Shown: positions 1-8,328 of the stretch, one piece after another
Layout: every line of letters begins with the position of its first letter
Position numbering within the stretch: the first letter of the stretch is position 1
Origin: a virus
Lineage: Duplodnaviria; Caudoviricetes
Strand: one strand, 5' to 3'
Virus record (IMG/VR): IMGVR_UViG_3300005263_000008
Location: 1-35,181 of that record
DNA length: 35,181 nucleotides
Translations under genes and position numbers: made by a program
Notes under the pieces: model-generated
Database searches by the model: none
Told to the model about the DNA's origin: nothing
Seen by the model: the letters and a program-made list of their open reading frames with translations, nothing else

Positions 1-1
1 C

Positions 2-49
2 GGGAAACTCCAGGGCGTCCACCAATCCCACGCCATCGAATCCAACTAG
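2..49 (+). CDS. 3' fragment of a small hypothetical protein (..GKLQGVHQSHAIESN*)
   Basis: Open frame 2-49 ending in TAG; may be the end of the ORF starting at 35124, but the two do not join in frame. Confidence 0.45.
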   Translation, partial: GKLQGVHQSHAIESN

Positions 50-72
50 CTTTTGTCCAGAACGAGGAACCT

Positions 73-531
73 ATGAGCATCGAACCGATCTATCTGAACG
101 ACTGGAAGGATGGCGGATTCATCGACATGGTTGGTGACTTCGAGGACATCCATCTGACCAAGGCCGAATACGAGGCCGAAGAAGCGCCCTACGCCAATGT
201 GGCCTACTGGCTGGAGAAGAAGGCCAAGATGAAGGCCGCGCTGGAAGATCCGAAATGGCAGGGCATCGAAGTCCTGCTGGCCAGCTACAACTACGAGAAC
301 TATTCCGGCGATGCCTTCGTTCTGTTCCGGCGCGATGGCAAGCTCTGGCGTGTCGATGGTGGCCACTGTTCTTGCTATGGCCTAGAGGGTCAGTGGACCC
401 CCGAGGAAACCAACATCGAGTTGCTGTTCAACGAACTCGACAAGGGAACGCTCGGCAATTCCGACTGGACCGAAAACCGCTTTGCAGGAGAACTGCGAGG
501 GGTTCTTACGGCCCTTCAAACCGTCAACTGA
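73..531 (+). CDS. Hypothetical phage protein (GHCSCYGLEGQW motif), accessory
   Basis: 152 aa, GAGGA RBS before ATG, natural amino-acid composition, visibly less GC-rich than the backbone. Confidence 0.85.
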   Translation: MSIEPIYLNDWKDGGFIDMVGDFEDIHLTKAEYEAEEAPYANVAYWLEKKAKMKAALEDPKWQGIEVLLASYNYENYSGDAFVLFRRDGKLWRVDGGHCSCYGLEGQWTPEETNIELLFNELDKGTLGNSDWTENRFAGELRGVLTALQTVN

Positions 532-567
532 TCTTGTCCATCCGCTGACCCTCCCAGGAGCCGCTCC

Positions 568-729
568 ATGCCCCCGATCTACGAATACCGCTGCCCGAAG
601 TGCAACCAGGTCGTCGAGCTCGTCCAGGGTTTCGACGCCCCGGACTCGACCGTCTGCGAGTGCGGGGAGGAGGCGCCTCGGATCGTGAGCCAGACCGGCC
701 CCTGGGCCTTCGGAGGTTCCGCCTCGTGA
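568..729 (+). CDS. FmdB-family zinc-ribbon protein (53 aa, absent from the ORF track)
   Basis: MPPIYEYRCPKC...VCECG...APRIVS fits the MPxYEYxCxxC..CxxC FmdB pattern; AGGAG RBS; GTGA overlap with terL. Confidence 0.85.
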   Translation: MPPIYEYRCPKCNQVVELVQGFDAPDSTVCECGEEAPRIVSQTGPWAFGGSAS

Positions 730-2609
730 GCTACGCCCTGGCCTCCCCCGAGCTCGCGGTCGCCGAGGCCGCTCAGATCCTCGTCCCCCCTCCGGACATG
801 ACCGTGACCCAGTGGGCGGAGACCTACCGCATCCTCTCGGCGGAGGACTCTGCGGCCCCGGGGCGGTTCTCCTGCGACGACCGCCCCTACCAGCGCGGCA
901 TCATGGACGCCTGTTCGATGCCTCGGATCCAGTTCGTCACCGTGGCCGGGCCCTCTCAGTTCGGGAAGACGCAGATCCTCAACAACATCACCGGCCACGG
1001 GATCCACCTCGACCCCTGCCCGATGATGGTCGTGAACCCGACGATCCTCGCGGTCGAGAAGTGGTCGAAGACCCGGTTCTCCCCGATGGTCCGCGACACG
1101 CCCGAGCTCTCCGCGCTCGTGGGCGAGGGGCGGAGCTCGTCGAACACCCTCACGGAGAAGACCTTCCCGGGCGGCGTCCTGGTCTGCGTGGGCGCGAACG
1201 CGCCGGCGGGCCTGGCCTCCCAGCCCATCCGGAAGCTCTTCCTCGACGAGGTCGACCGAATCCCGATGGGAGAGAGCGCTGGCGAGGAGGGCGACTTCGA
1301 GGACCTGGCCGAGGCCCGGACCGCAGACTTCGAGGGGCGGCGCCTGATCTACAAGACCTCGACGCCTGGGGTTCGCGGCCGCAGCCGCATCGAGGCCGCA
1401 CTCAAGGAGAGCGACTGGCGGCTCTGGCGCTGGGCCTGCCCCCACTGTGGTCACGTCCAGGTCTGCGACTTCCACCAGGTCCTCTACAAGGATCTCCCCG
1501 CGCCGGTCTACAGCTGCAAGGGCGGCGGCTGCGAGATTACCGAGACCGACCTCCGCCGCGCGATCAACCAGGCCGAGGAGCAGGGCCTGGGATGGACGGC
1601 TACGCGCCCCTGGGTTCTCGATCACGCCGGGTTCCAGGTTCACGGGCTCCAGGTCCGGAGCATGGCGAGCCTCGTCTCGAAGTTCCTACGGGCGAAGCGC
1701 AAGGGCCGCCAGGCCCTCCAGGTCTGGGTCAACACCCAGCTCGGCGAGTGGTGGGACCCGAGGGAGGGCGACGAGATCCAGGTCGAGGGCCTGCTCAAGA
1801 GGGCCCGGGAGGAGGCCTACAGCTCCAGAGAGGTCCCGGAGGGAGTCGGCGTCCTGGTTGCCTCGGTCGACGTCCAGACGTCGCCCCAGCGCCTCGAGGT
1901 GATGCTACTCGGCGTCGGCATCGGGCAAGAGACCTGGATGGTCCGCCACGAAATGATCCCCGGGAACCTGGCCCTCCCGGAGCCCTGGGACCGGCTGGAG
2001 ACGCTCCTCCTGCAGGACCATGGAGGCCAGCGGGTCCGCGCCGCGGCGATCGACATCGGCGGGCACTACACCCGCCAGGCCTACGCCTTCTGCAAGCGGC
2101 CCAGGCTTCGAGGCCTGGTCCACCCGGTCAAGGGCGCGACCACGCCCCAGCGGACGATGGTCCGCCGGTCATCGAAGAAGGGCGCCCTCCGCCTGGTCGA
2201 CACGGTCACGGCGAAGGACACGATCTTTGCCCAGCTGGGCATCGAGACCCCGGGCCCTGGGTTCGTCCACTTCCCGAACGACGTCGACCAGGTCCTCCTC
2301 GAGCAAGTCGTCTCGGAGCGGCCGGTCACGAAGGGCGGGCGCCGGGCCTACGAGAAGAAGGACGGACCCGACACCCGGAACGAGGGCCTCGACCTCCTGG
2401 TCTACGGCCTGGCGGCCCTGGACATCTTCGCGCCGCGGGATCTCGAGGCCCTGGTCGTGAAGAGCGTCGCGGCCCGGGCGGCGAAGGAAGCCTCGCCGGA
2501 TGCACCAGAGCCGGAGCCAGCAGCCCCGGAGGAGCCGCAGCCTGCGCCCCGCCGGCGCGTCCCGAGGGCCCCAAGGAGGCGCGGAGGCGGCATGGGCGGG
2601 GCATGGTAG
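726..2609 (+). CDS. terL: Terminase large subunit, lambda GpA family
   Basis: PPPDMTVTQWAE N-terminus, Walker A GPSQFGKT, LFLDEVD Walker B, STP motif, CPHCG, SVDVQ and NEGLDLLVY nuclease motifs. GTG726 is chosen as start because it overlaps the upstream stop. Confidence 0.96.
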   Translation: MSYALASPELAVAEAAQILVPPPDMTVTQWAETYRILSAEDSAAPGRFSCDDRPYQRGIMDACSMPRIQFVTVAGPSQFGKTQILNNITGHGIHLDPCPMMVVNPTILAVEKWSKTRFSPMVRDTPELSALVGEGRSSSNTLTEKTFPGGVLVCVGANAPAGLASQPIRKLFLDEVDRIPMGESAGEEGDFEDLAEARTADFEGRRLIYKTSTPGVRGRSRIEAALKESDWRLWRWACPHCGHVQVCDFHQVLYKDLPAPVYSCKGGGCEITETDLRRAINQAEEQGLGWTATRPWVLDHAGFQVHGLQVRSMASLVSKFLRAKRKGRQALQVWVNTQLGEWWDPREGDEIQVEGLLKRAREEAYSSREVPEGVGVLVASVDVQTSPQRLEVMLLGVGIGQETWMVRHEMIPGNLALPEPWDRLETLLLQDHGGQRVRAAAIDIGGHYTRQAYAFCKRPRLRGLVHPVKGATTPQRTMVRRSSKKGALRLVDTVTAKDTIFAQLGIETPGPGFVHFPNDVDQVLLEQVVSERPVTKGGRRAYEKKDGPDTRNEGLDLLVYGLAALDIFAPRDLEALVVKSVAARAAKEASPDAPEPEPAAPEEPQPAPRRRVPRAPRRRGGGMGGAW

Positions 2610-2614
2610 CAGAC

Positions 2615-2661
2615 CGTTCCATAAACAATGGAACGACCCGGCGGAGCCCCGGCCCGACCCT
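2615..2661 (+). promoter_or_regulatory. Putative activator-dependent late promoter 1: CGTTCCAT-N5-ATGGAACG plus GACCCT
   Basis: Perfect 8-bp inverted repeat at 2615-2635 and GACCCT at 2656-2661; the same layout recurs at 4200-4246. Confidence 0.65.
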
Positions 2662-2667
2662 TGGGCC

Positions 2668-3177
2668 ATGGAGCCGGTTCTATCCCCCCACTTCTCCCTC
2701 TCGGAGCTGACCCGCTCCGAGACGGCGACACGTCTCGGCATCCCGAACGATCCGCCCGAAGGCCTGGCCGCGAACGCGGTCCGGCTCTGTGAGCTCGCCG
2801 AGGAGGCCCGCGACATCCTGTGCCGGGCCGCTGGGCGCGAGGTCCGGATGGTCGTGAGCTCTGGCTACCGCTCGCCCGAGCTGAACGCGAACCCGGCCGT
2901 GGGCGGGGCAGGGGCGAAGCCAGGGGAGAAGCTCTCGGCCCACTGTGACTTCCGGGCCATGGACTTCCATCCGGAGGGGACGAATCTCGCGACGGCCTTC
3001 GATGTGCTGCGCCGGAGCGCCCTCCCGTTCGACAAGCTGATCTTCGAGATCGACTCGCGGGGCGCCGCCTGGCTCCACCTCCAGGTCGAGAGGGAGGGGG
3101 AACGCCCTGCTCGACTGGTCCTCCGCGGGATGAAGGGCCCCGACGGGAGCTCCTACCGGAGGCTGCCCGATGCTTGA
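2668..3177 (+). CDS. Endolysin, peptidase M15 family (Zn peptidase)
   Basis: LSPHFSLSEL start, SSGYRSxxLNxxxxVGGA, SAHxxxxAMD (H-x6-D) and WLH zinc ligands. ATG2668 has no SD and may be leaderless. Confidence 0.9.
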   Translation: MEPVLSPHFSLSELTRSETATRLGIPNDPPEGLAANAVRLCELAEEARDILCRAAGREVRMVVSSGYRSPELNANPAVGGAGAKPGEKLSAHCDFRAMDFHPEGTNLATAFDVLRRSALPFDKLIFEIDSRGAAWLHLQVEREGERPARLVLRGMKGPDGSSYRRLPDA

Positions 3178-3925
3178 GCGCCTGGTCGGACCGGATCGGG
3201 GCCGAGTGGCCGTCCTCGGCGCCTGGGCGCTGATCGCGCTGCTCGTGGTGGGCGGGTCTTCCTGGAAGGCCTACCACCTTGGGCGGCAATCGGTCGACAT
3301 GGCCCAGGAACGTCGGAGGGTGAGCGATGCCGAGGCGAGAGAGTCCCAGGCGAAGGCGTCGGCGAAGGCGTCCGGAGAGCTCGCCGAGGACCGTCTTCGC
3401 GAGGTGGAGCGCCTCCGGGGCCAGCTCGCCAGCCGGCCCACGCCGCCACCCGCTGAACCTGTCGCTCCCGACGCCTCGGCCGCAGACGTGGCCGCAGGCC
3501 TTTCGGGCCTGGGGCTCCGTCCTGTGCTCCTGGGAGGAGATCCAGCGCTGGGGCTGAACCTGCCCGACGGGCGAACGATCTTAGGCTGGGGCCGCGAGGT
3601 CCAGCGCGTCCCGCCTCTTGTCGCGAGACTCGAGACGCTGGAGCAGCTGGCCCAGGCCCAGGAGGGCGCGACAAGCGCCCTCCATCGACAGGCCGCCGAC
3701 CTGGCGGCCGCGCTCAAGGCTTCCGACGAAGGGCGAGAGGCAGAGCGAAGGATTGCGCGCCGGCTGGCGCCAGACCGGCCCTGGGCCGCGGGCCTCCTGG
3801 TCGGGGTGGATACGACGGGGACCCGGAGGCTGGGGGCCTATGCGTCGAGGTCCTGGGGCCCTGCACAGTTCCAGGTCGTGGTGATGGGCAATCAGGCCGC
3901 CATCGGAGGCGGGTTCAGGTTCTAG
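3170..3925 (+). CDS. Spanin-like lysis protein (N-terminal TM, coiled coil, C-terminal beta-strands ending GGGFRF)
   Basis: Rz position after the endolysin; hydrophobic segment about aa 13-30; Ala/Glu/Arg/Gln-rich helical middle; terminal Phe. Confidence 0.65.
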   Translation: MLERLVGPDRGRVAVLGAWALIALLVVGGSSWKAYHLGRQSVDMAQERRRVSDAEARESQAKASAKASGELAEDRLREVERLRGQLASRPTPPPAEPVAPDASAADVAAGLSGLGLRPVLLGGDPALGLNLPDGRTILGWGREVQRVPPLVARLETLEQLAQAQEGATSALHRQAADLAAALKASDEGREAERRIARRLAPDRPWAAGLLVGVDTTGTRRLGAYASRSWGPAQFQVVVMGNQAAIGGGFRF

Positions 3926-3946
3926 GGACACGGGGAGGAGGCCAAG

Positions 3947-4192
3947 GTGACCACCGAGCGAACGGAGTTCAAGCGGGCGAGCGATGCGTTGTTTAAGTGG
4001 GCGCTGGGCCTCGTGGGCCTGGGCCTCGTCGCGGCGATCGGCCTCCTTCTCGACATCCGCTTCCAGCTCGGCGTCTACCAGGCCGACGCCAAGGCGATGA
4101 AGGACCGGCTCGACAAGGTCGAAGCCTGGGAGCTCCGCCACGACCAGGAGGACCGGGCGCGGTTCCAGGCCCTGGCGAGGGAGCCGAAGTAG
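3947..4192 (+). CDS. Single-TM membrane protein, holin/antiholin candidate
   Basis: GGAGG RBS; WALGLVGLGLVAAIGLLL TM followed by a charged coil; last gene of the lysis cassette. Confidence 0.7.
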   Translation: MTTERTEFKRASDALFKWALGLVGLGLVAAIGLLLDIRFQLGVYQADAKAMKDRLDKVEAWELRHDQEDRARFQALAREPK

Positions 4193-4199
4193 CCGCGGT

Positions 4200-4246
4200 C
4201 GTTCCATCCCGAATGGAACGGGTCGGTCACCTTTGAGGCCGACCCT
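4200..4246 (+). promoter_or_regulatory. Putative activator-dependent late promoter 2 (head-tail operon)
   Basis: CGTTCCAT-CCCGA-ATGGAACG at 4200-4220 and GACCCT at 4241-4246, same spacing as the copy at 2615. Confidence 0.65.
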
Positions 4247-4263
4247 ATGCGCTGGGGGGGAAG

Positions 4264-4782
4264 ATGGAACCCGCGCGCATTGTGGCCGGAGACACCGCGA
4301 GCTGGACAGCCCAGCTCGGGGACTATCCGGCCAGCGCGGGCTGGGTCCTGACCTACTACCTCTCGAAGCTCGGCGCCACCGCGACCCCGATTGAGATCAC
4401 GACCAGCCCGAGCGGTTCCGACCACCTGGTCAGCGTCCCCGCCTCCGAGACGTCGACCTGGGACCCCGGGAGCTACCGCTGGACCGCCGTCGTCTCCAAG
4501 GGGACCGAGCGGCACTCGGCCGGGAGCGGGACGTTCCTGGTCATGCCCGATCCCTCCTCGAGCCACGATGCTCGGACCCACGCGGAGAAGTGCCTGGCCT
4601 CGATCGAGACGGCGCTCGTGAGCGCGGTCGGGACGGCAACGGTCGAGTGTGAGCTCGACGGCGTCCGCGTCCGCAAGAACCGGAAGGAGCTGCTCGAGCT
4701 CCGCGAATACTACCGCCGCGAGGTCAATCGTGAGCGCGGTCGGAGCCCGATCACCCGCTGGCCCGTGAGGCTCACACGATGA
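4264..4782 (+). CDS. Head completion protein, gpW-like C-terminus with beta-rich N-terminal domain
   Basis: Directly before the portal; C-terminal helix-hairpin-helix (AEKCLASIETAL..VECELDGVRV..ELLELREYYRREV) resembles gpW. Confidence 0.75.
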   Translation: MEPARIVAGDTASWTAQLGDYPASAGWVLTYYLSKLGATATPIEITTSPSGSDHLVSVPASETSTWDPGSYRWTAVVSKGTERHSAGSGTFLVMPDPSSSHDARTHAEKCLASIETALVSAVGTATVECELDGVRVRKNRKELLELREYYRREVNRERGRSPITRWPVRLTR

Positions 4783-6302
4783 ATTTCCGCACCCTCCTAC
4801 CCTGGAAGCGGGCAGCGGAGCCCAAGGCTGCAGATGGCAGGGCGCCAAGGGCCCGCACCTACGCCGGGGCCCAGCTCTCGCGGTTCGTCGACTTCTCGAT
4901 CGTCCTCGAGTCGGCCCACCGGGCCCGGCTTCGCGACCTCGCCAAGCTGCGGGCCCACTCCCGCGACCTGGCCGCGAATAACGTCTACCAGAAACGGTTC
5001 CTCGAGCTCGTCTCGACCCACCTGGTCGGGCCGGATGGCATCACCTTCGAGAGCGAGATCCTCGGCAACCTGGGGAAGCCGAAGGAGGACCTCAACGACC
5101 AGATCGAGGCCGCCTGGGAGGACTGGGGGAAGGTCTGCACGACGGACGGCCGCCTCTCCTGGCTCGAGTTCCAGCACCTGGTCGGCGAGACCGTGGCGGT
5201 CGATGGCGAGTGCCTGATCCGCAAGGTCCGCGGCTACCCGAACGCCTTCGGGTTCGCGGTCGAGATCATCGACGCGGACCGGCTGGATCATCGCCTCAAC
5301 ATCCCCGCCTCCAGATACACGAACCGGGTCGTCATGGGCGTCGAGCTGGACGACTGGGGCCGGCGCGTGGCCTACCACATCTGGACCGCTCACCCTTCCG
5401 ACCGGGAGGCAAACCCGGTCCTGGTTCGCGTCCCCGCCGAGGAGATTCTCCACGTCTACACGGAGGACCGTGTTCGCGCGACCCGCGGGCTCCCGTGGGC
5501 GACGCCCTGCATGGTTCAACTCAATATGCTCGGCCGTCTCTGGACGAGCGAGCTCGCCGCGGCGAATCACGAGGCGGACCGGATCGGCATCATCAAGAGC
5601 CAGCAGGGCGCGGATCCTGACCTCTTCGTCGGGGAGGGCGACAACGCTCCCACGACCGACGCGATCGCGAACGCCCAGGAGATCAGCTCGGAGATCGCCA
5701 CGTTCCTCGGCCTCGACCCCGGCCTCGACGTGGTCTTCCCCCAGCTGCAGCACCCGAACGGAGCCTTCCCGGAATTCTCGAAGTTCCTGCTCAAGGGGAT
5801 CTCGGCCGGGTTCGGCGTCTCCGCGCACAGCCTGACGGGCGACGTCTCCGAGGCGAACTTCTCCAGCCTTCGGGCCGCGCTCCTGGACGAGCGGGACCAC
5901 TGGCGGAAGCGCCAGGCCTGGTTCATCAAGAGCGTTTGCGCGCCGATCTACGCGGACTGGCTCCGCCTGGCGATCTTCGCCGGCAAGGTCCCCGCGATGC
6001 CGTTCGAGAAGGCCCACGCCCCGGTCTGGTGGCCGCGGAGCTGGGACTGGGTCGACCCCGAGAAGGACGCGAAGGCGTCGCTCCTGTCGATCCAGGGCGG
6101 CCTCTCGACCTACCAGCAGGAGCTCGGCGCCCGCGGCCAGGACTGGCGCGAGACGTTCCGCCAGCTGGCGGAAGAGAAGGCCTACGCGGAGGAGCTGGGC
6201 CTCGAGCTCGGCGACCACAAGGGCCAGCCGGCAACCGCGCCCAAGCCGGACCCCGCAACGACCACCACCCCGGACCCGGAGGCAGCTGATGGAAACTCGT
6301 AA
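4779..6302 (+). CDS. Portal protein, lambda family
   Basis: LRAHSRDLAANN, DGECL, GVELDDWGRRVAYH, RGLPW, LTGDVSEANFSSLR and WDWVDPEKD motifs. Confidence 0.96.
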   Translation: MNFRTLLPWKRAAEPKAADGRAPRARTYAGAQLSRFVDFSIVLESAHRARLRDLAKLRAHSRDLAANNVYQKRFLELVSTHLVGPDGITFESEILGNLGKPKEDLNDQIEAAWEDWGKVCTTDGRLSWLEFQHLVGETVAVDGECLIRKVRGYPNAFGFAVEIIDADRLDHRLNIPASRYTNRVVMGVELDDWGRRVAYHIWTAHPSDREANPVLVRVPAEEILHVYTEDRVRATRGLPWATPCMVQLNMLGRLWTSELAAANHEADRIGIIKSQQGADPDLFVGEGDNAPTTDAIANAQEISSEIATFLGLDPGLDVVFPQLQHPNGAFPEFSKFLLKGISAGFGVSAHSLTGDVSEANFSSLRAALLDERDHWRKRQAWFIKSVCAPIYADWLRLAIFAGKVPAMPFEKAHAPVWWPRSWDWVDPEKDAKASLLSIQGGLSTYQQELGARGQDWRETFRQLAEEKAYAEELGLELGDHKGQPATAPKPDPATTTTPDPEAADGNS

Positions 6303-8106
6303 GATCGAAGGCCCGCAGATCCGGACGCTCGTCCTCGAGCGCTCCACCGTCAACGAAGAAGCCCGCACCGTCGAGCTCGCGATCTCCTCGGAGGCCCCGG
6401 TCGAGCGCTGGTTCGGGACCGAGATCCTGGGCCACGGCCCCGGCGAGGTCGACCTCTCCCGCCTGCTCTCTGGGGCGCCCCTGCTGGTGAATCACGACAC
6501 GGGCGACCAGGTCGGCGTGGTGGAGGAGGCCCGGGTCGATTCCGACCGCATCCTCCGCGGCGTCGTGCGGTTCGGCCGCTCCACCCGCGCCGAGGAGATC
6601 TTCCAAGACGTGAAGGACGGCATCCGCTCGAAGGTCTCGGTCGGCTACCAGATCCTCCGTTATGAGCTCACCAAGGGCCAGAACGGCGCCCCGGACATCG
6701 TCCGCGCCACCCTCTGGCAGCCCATGGAAACGAGCCTTGTCGCCATCCCCGCCGACGACTCCGTCGGCGTCGGACGTTCCGCCTCTGCACCCGAGGCACC
6801 TCTCAACCCACCGGCCGCTCCGGCCGGCACCGCGAAGGAGGTCCGTATGGACCCCGTTATCACCCCCGCGGCCGCCCCGGCGGCCGACCCCCTGGCTGAA
6901 CGCCAGGAAGCCCTCACCCTCCAGGCCCTCGGCGACCAGCTGGGCATCGGCTCCCAGGTCCGCGAGATCCTCGCGACCGTCGCCGACCTCACCGAGGCCC
7001 GCCAGAAGGCCATGGTCGCTCTCGCCGAGCGCGCCGCGAAGCCTCTTCCGGCCGCTCCCATCGTCACCCTCGAGGGGAAGGAGCGGTTCAGCATCGGCCG
7101 CGCCATCGCCGCGAAGCTCGATGGCCGGAGCTGCTTCGAGCTCGAGGTCTCCCAGGAGATCGCCAAGAAGCTCGGCCGCGACACGAACGGGATCTTCGTC
7201 CCGACCGCGACCCGCGCCAACCCCCCCATGGACACCGCGACGGCCGCCTACGGCCAGAAGCTGGTCTTCACCGAGCAGGGCGAGTTCATCGAGCTCCTGC
7301 GGGCGAAGCTCACCCTCCTGGGTCTGGGCGCGCAGTTCCTGACCGGCCTCCGCGGTAACGTGAGCTTCCCCCGGCAGCTCACCGCGAACACCGCGAACTG
7401 GCTCCAGGAGAACGCGGCCTCCGGCGTGACCGCTGCGGCCTTCACGACCGACCTGGTCACCCTGACCCCGAAGCAGCTCGTCGCCCAGACCTCCGTGACC
7501 CGGAACCTCCTGGCCCAGAGCACCCCGGGCGTCGATGCCCTGATCAACAACGACCTCGCCGCGATCCACGCGATCGCGATCGAGGCCGCCGCGATCAACG
7601 GCTCCGGCTCCGGCTCCTACCAGCCCCTGGGCATCCTCGGGACCTCGAGCATCGGTGACGTCCCCGGCGGCACGAACGGCGCCCAGCCCACCTACGGCAA
7701 CATCGTCGACCTCGAGAGCGCGGTCGCCACGGCCAACGCCGACATGGGCACCCTGGCCTACCTGACCAGCCCCGGCATCCGCGGCCGCCTCAAGCAGACC
7801 CAGCAGTTCTCCAGCACGAACGGGGACTCCGTCTGGGACTACCTGATGGCCGCCTACCCGAAGAGCGCCGTCACCAACAACGTCCCCCAGACCCTCGTCA
7901 AGGGCGCGAGCGGCGCGGTTTGCCACGCGATCCTCTTCGGCAACTGGGCGGACCTCGTTCTGGGTGAGTGGGGAGCCTTTGAGTTGATTCCGGATCCCCT
8001 GACCCAGGCCGCCAAGGGCCTCGTGGTCCTGACCACGAACCAGCTGGTCGATTCCGCCGTCCGCCGTCCCGGCTCCTTCGCCGCGATGAAGGACGCCCTC
8101 AAGTAA
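6289..8106 (+). CDS. Prohead protease (HK97-type) fused to major capsid protein
   Basis: N-terminal SSEAPVER..EILGH..PLLVNHD..VSVGY..ETSLVAIPAD protease; Pro/Ala linker; C-terminal HK97-fold capsid (INGSG..QPLGIL, LFGNWADL, VRRPGSFA). Confidence 0.95.
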   Translation: METRKIEGPQIRTLVLERSTVNEEARTVELAISSEAPVERWFGTEILGHGPGEVDLSRLLSGAPLLVNHDTGDQVGVVEEARVDSDRILRGVVRFGRSTRAEEIFQDVKDGIRSKVSVGYQILRYELTKGQNGAPDIVRATLWQPMETSLVAIPADDSVGVGRSASAPEAPLNPPAAPAGTAKEVRMDPVITPAAAPAADPLAERQEALTLQALGDQLGIGSQVREILATVADLTEARQKAMVALAERAAKPLPAAPIVTLEGKERFSIGRAIAAKLDGRSCFELEVSQEIAKKLGRDTNGIFVPTATRANPPMDTATAAYGQKLVFTEQGEFIELLRAKLTLLGLGAQFLTGLRGNVSFPRQLTANTANWLQENAASGVTAAAFTTDLVTLTPKQLVAQTSVTRNLLAQSTPGVDALINNDLAAIHAIAIEAAAINGSGSGSYQPLGILGTSSIGDVPGGTNGAQPTYGNIVDLESAVATANADMGTLAYLTSPGIRGRLKQTQQFSSTNGDSVWDYLMAAYPKSAVTNNVPQTLVKGASGAVCHAILFGNWADLVLGEWGAFELIPDPLTQAAKGLVVLTTNQLVDSAVRRPGSFAAMKDALK

Positions 8107-8112
8107 CCGGTC

Positions 8113-8140
8113 GGAGGGAGGGGCGCGAGCTCCTCCCTCC
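8113..8140 (+). terminator. Stem-loop after capsid gene (terminator or mRNA stabiliser)
   Basis: GGAGGGAGGGGC-GCGA-GCTCCTCCCTCC: 12-bp stem with one G-U pair and a GNRA loop; weak U tract. Confidence 0.6.
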
Positions 8141-8160
8141 TTCCTACCCGGGGTGATCCC

Positions 8161-8328
8161 ATGAAAATCCGGATGCTGTTCGGGACCTTCGTCGAGATCG
8201 AAGGCAAGCGCGTCGAGCTCAAGAACGACGAGATCGTCGACGTCCCGCGCGAGGTGGCCGAGCCCCTTCTGGGGAGCCGCGCCGAGCTCGTGGAACCTGC
8301 TCCATCGACCCCGAAGAAGGTCAAGTAA
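8161..8328 (+). CDS. Small post-capsid protein (55 aa, absent from the ORF track)
   Basis: MKIRMLFGTFVEIEGKRVELKNDEIVDVPREVAEPLLGSRAELVE..; TAATG overlap with the next gene; typical small head-associated gene position. Confidence 0.8.
   Translation: MKIRMLFGTFVEIEGKRVELKNDEIVDVPREVAEPLLGSRAELVEPAPSTPKKVK

Noticed and set aside
600-725. N-terminal extension of terL in the ORF track
   Set aside because: Overlaps the FmdB-like gene; GTG726 gives the typical GTGA coupling and a GpA-like N-terminus.
3327-3884. Nested ORFs 3327-3557 and 3618-3884 as Rz1/o-spanin
   Set aside because: No hydrophobic signal sequence or lipobox cysteine.
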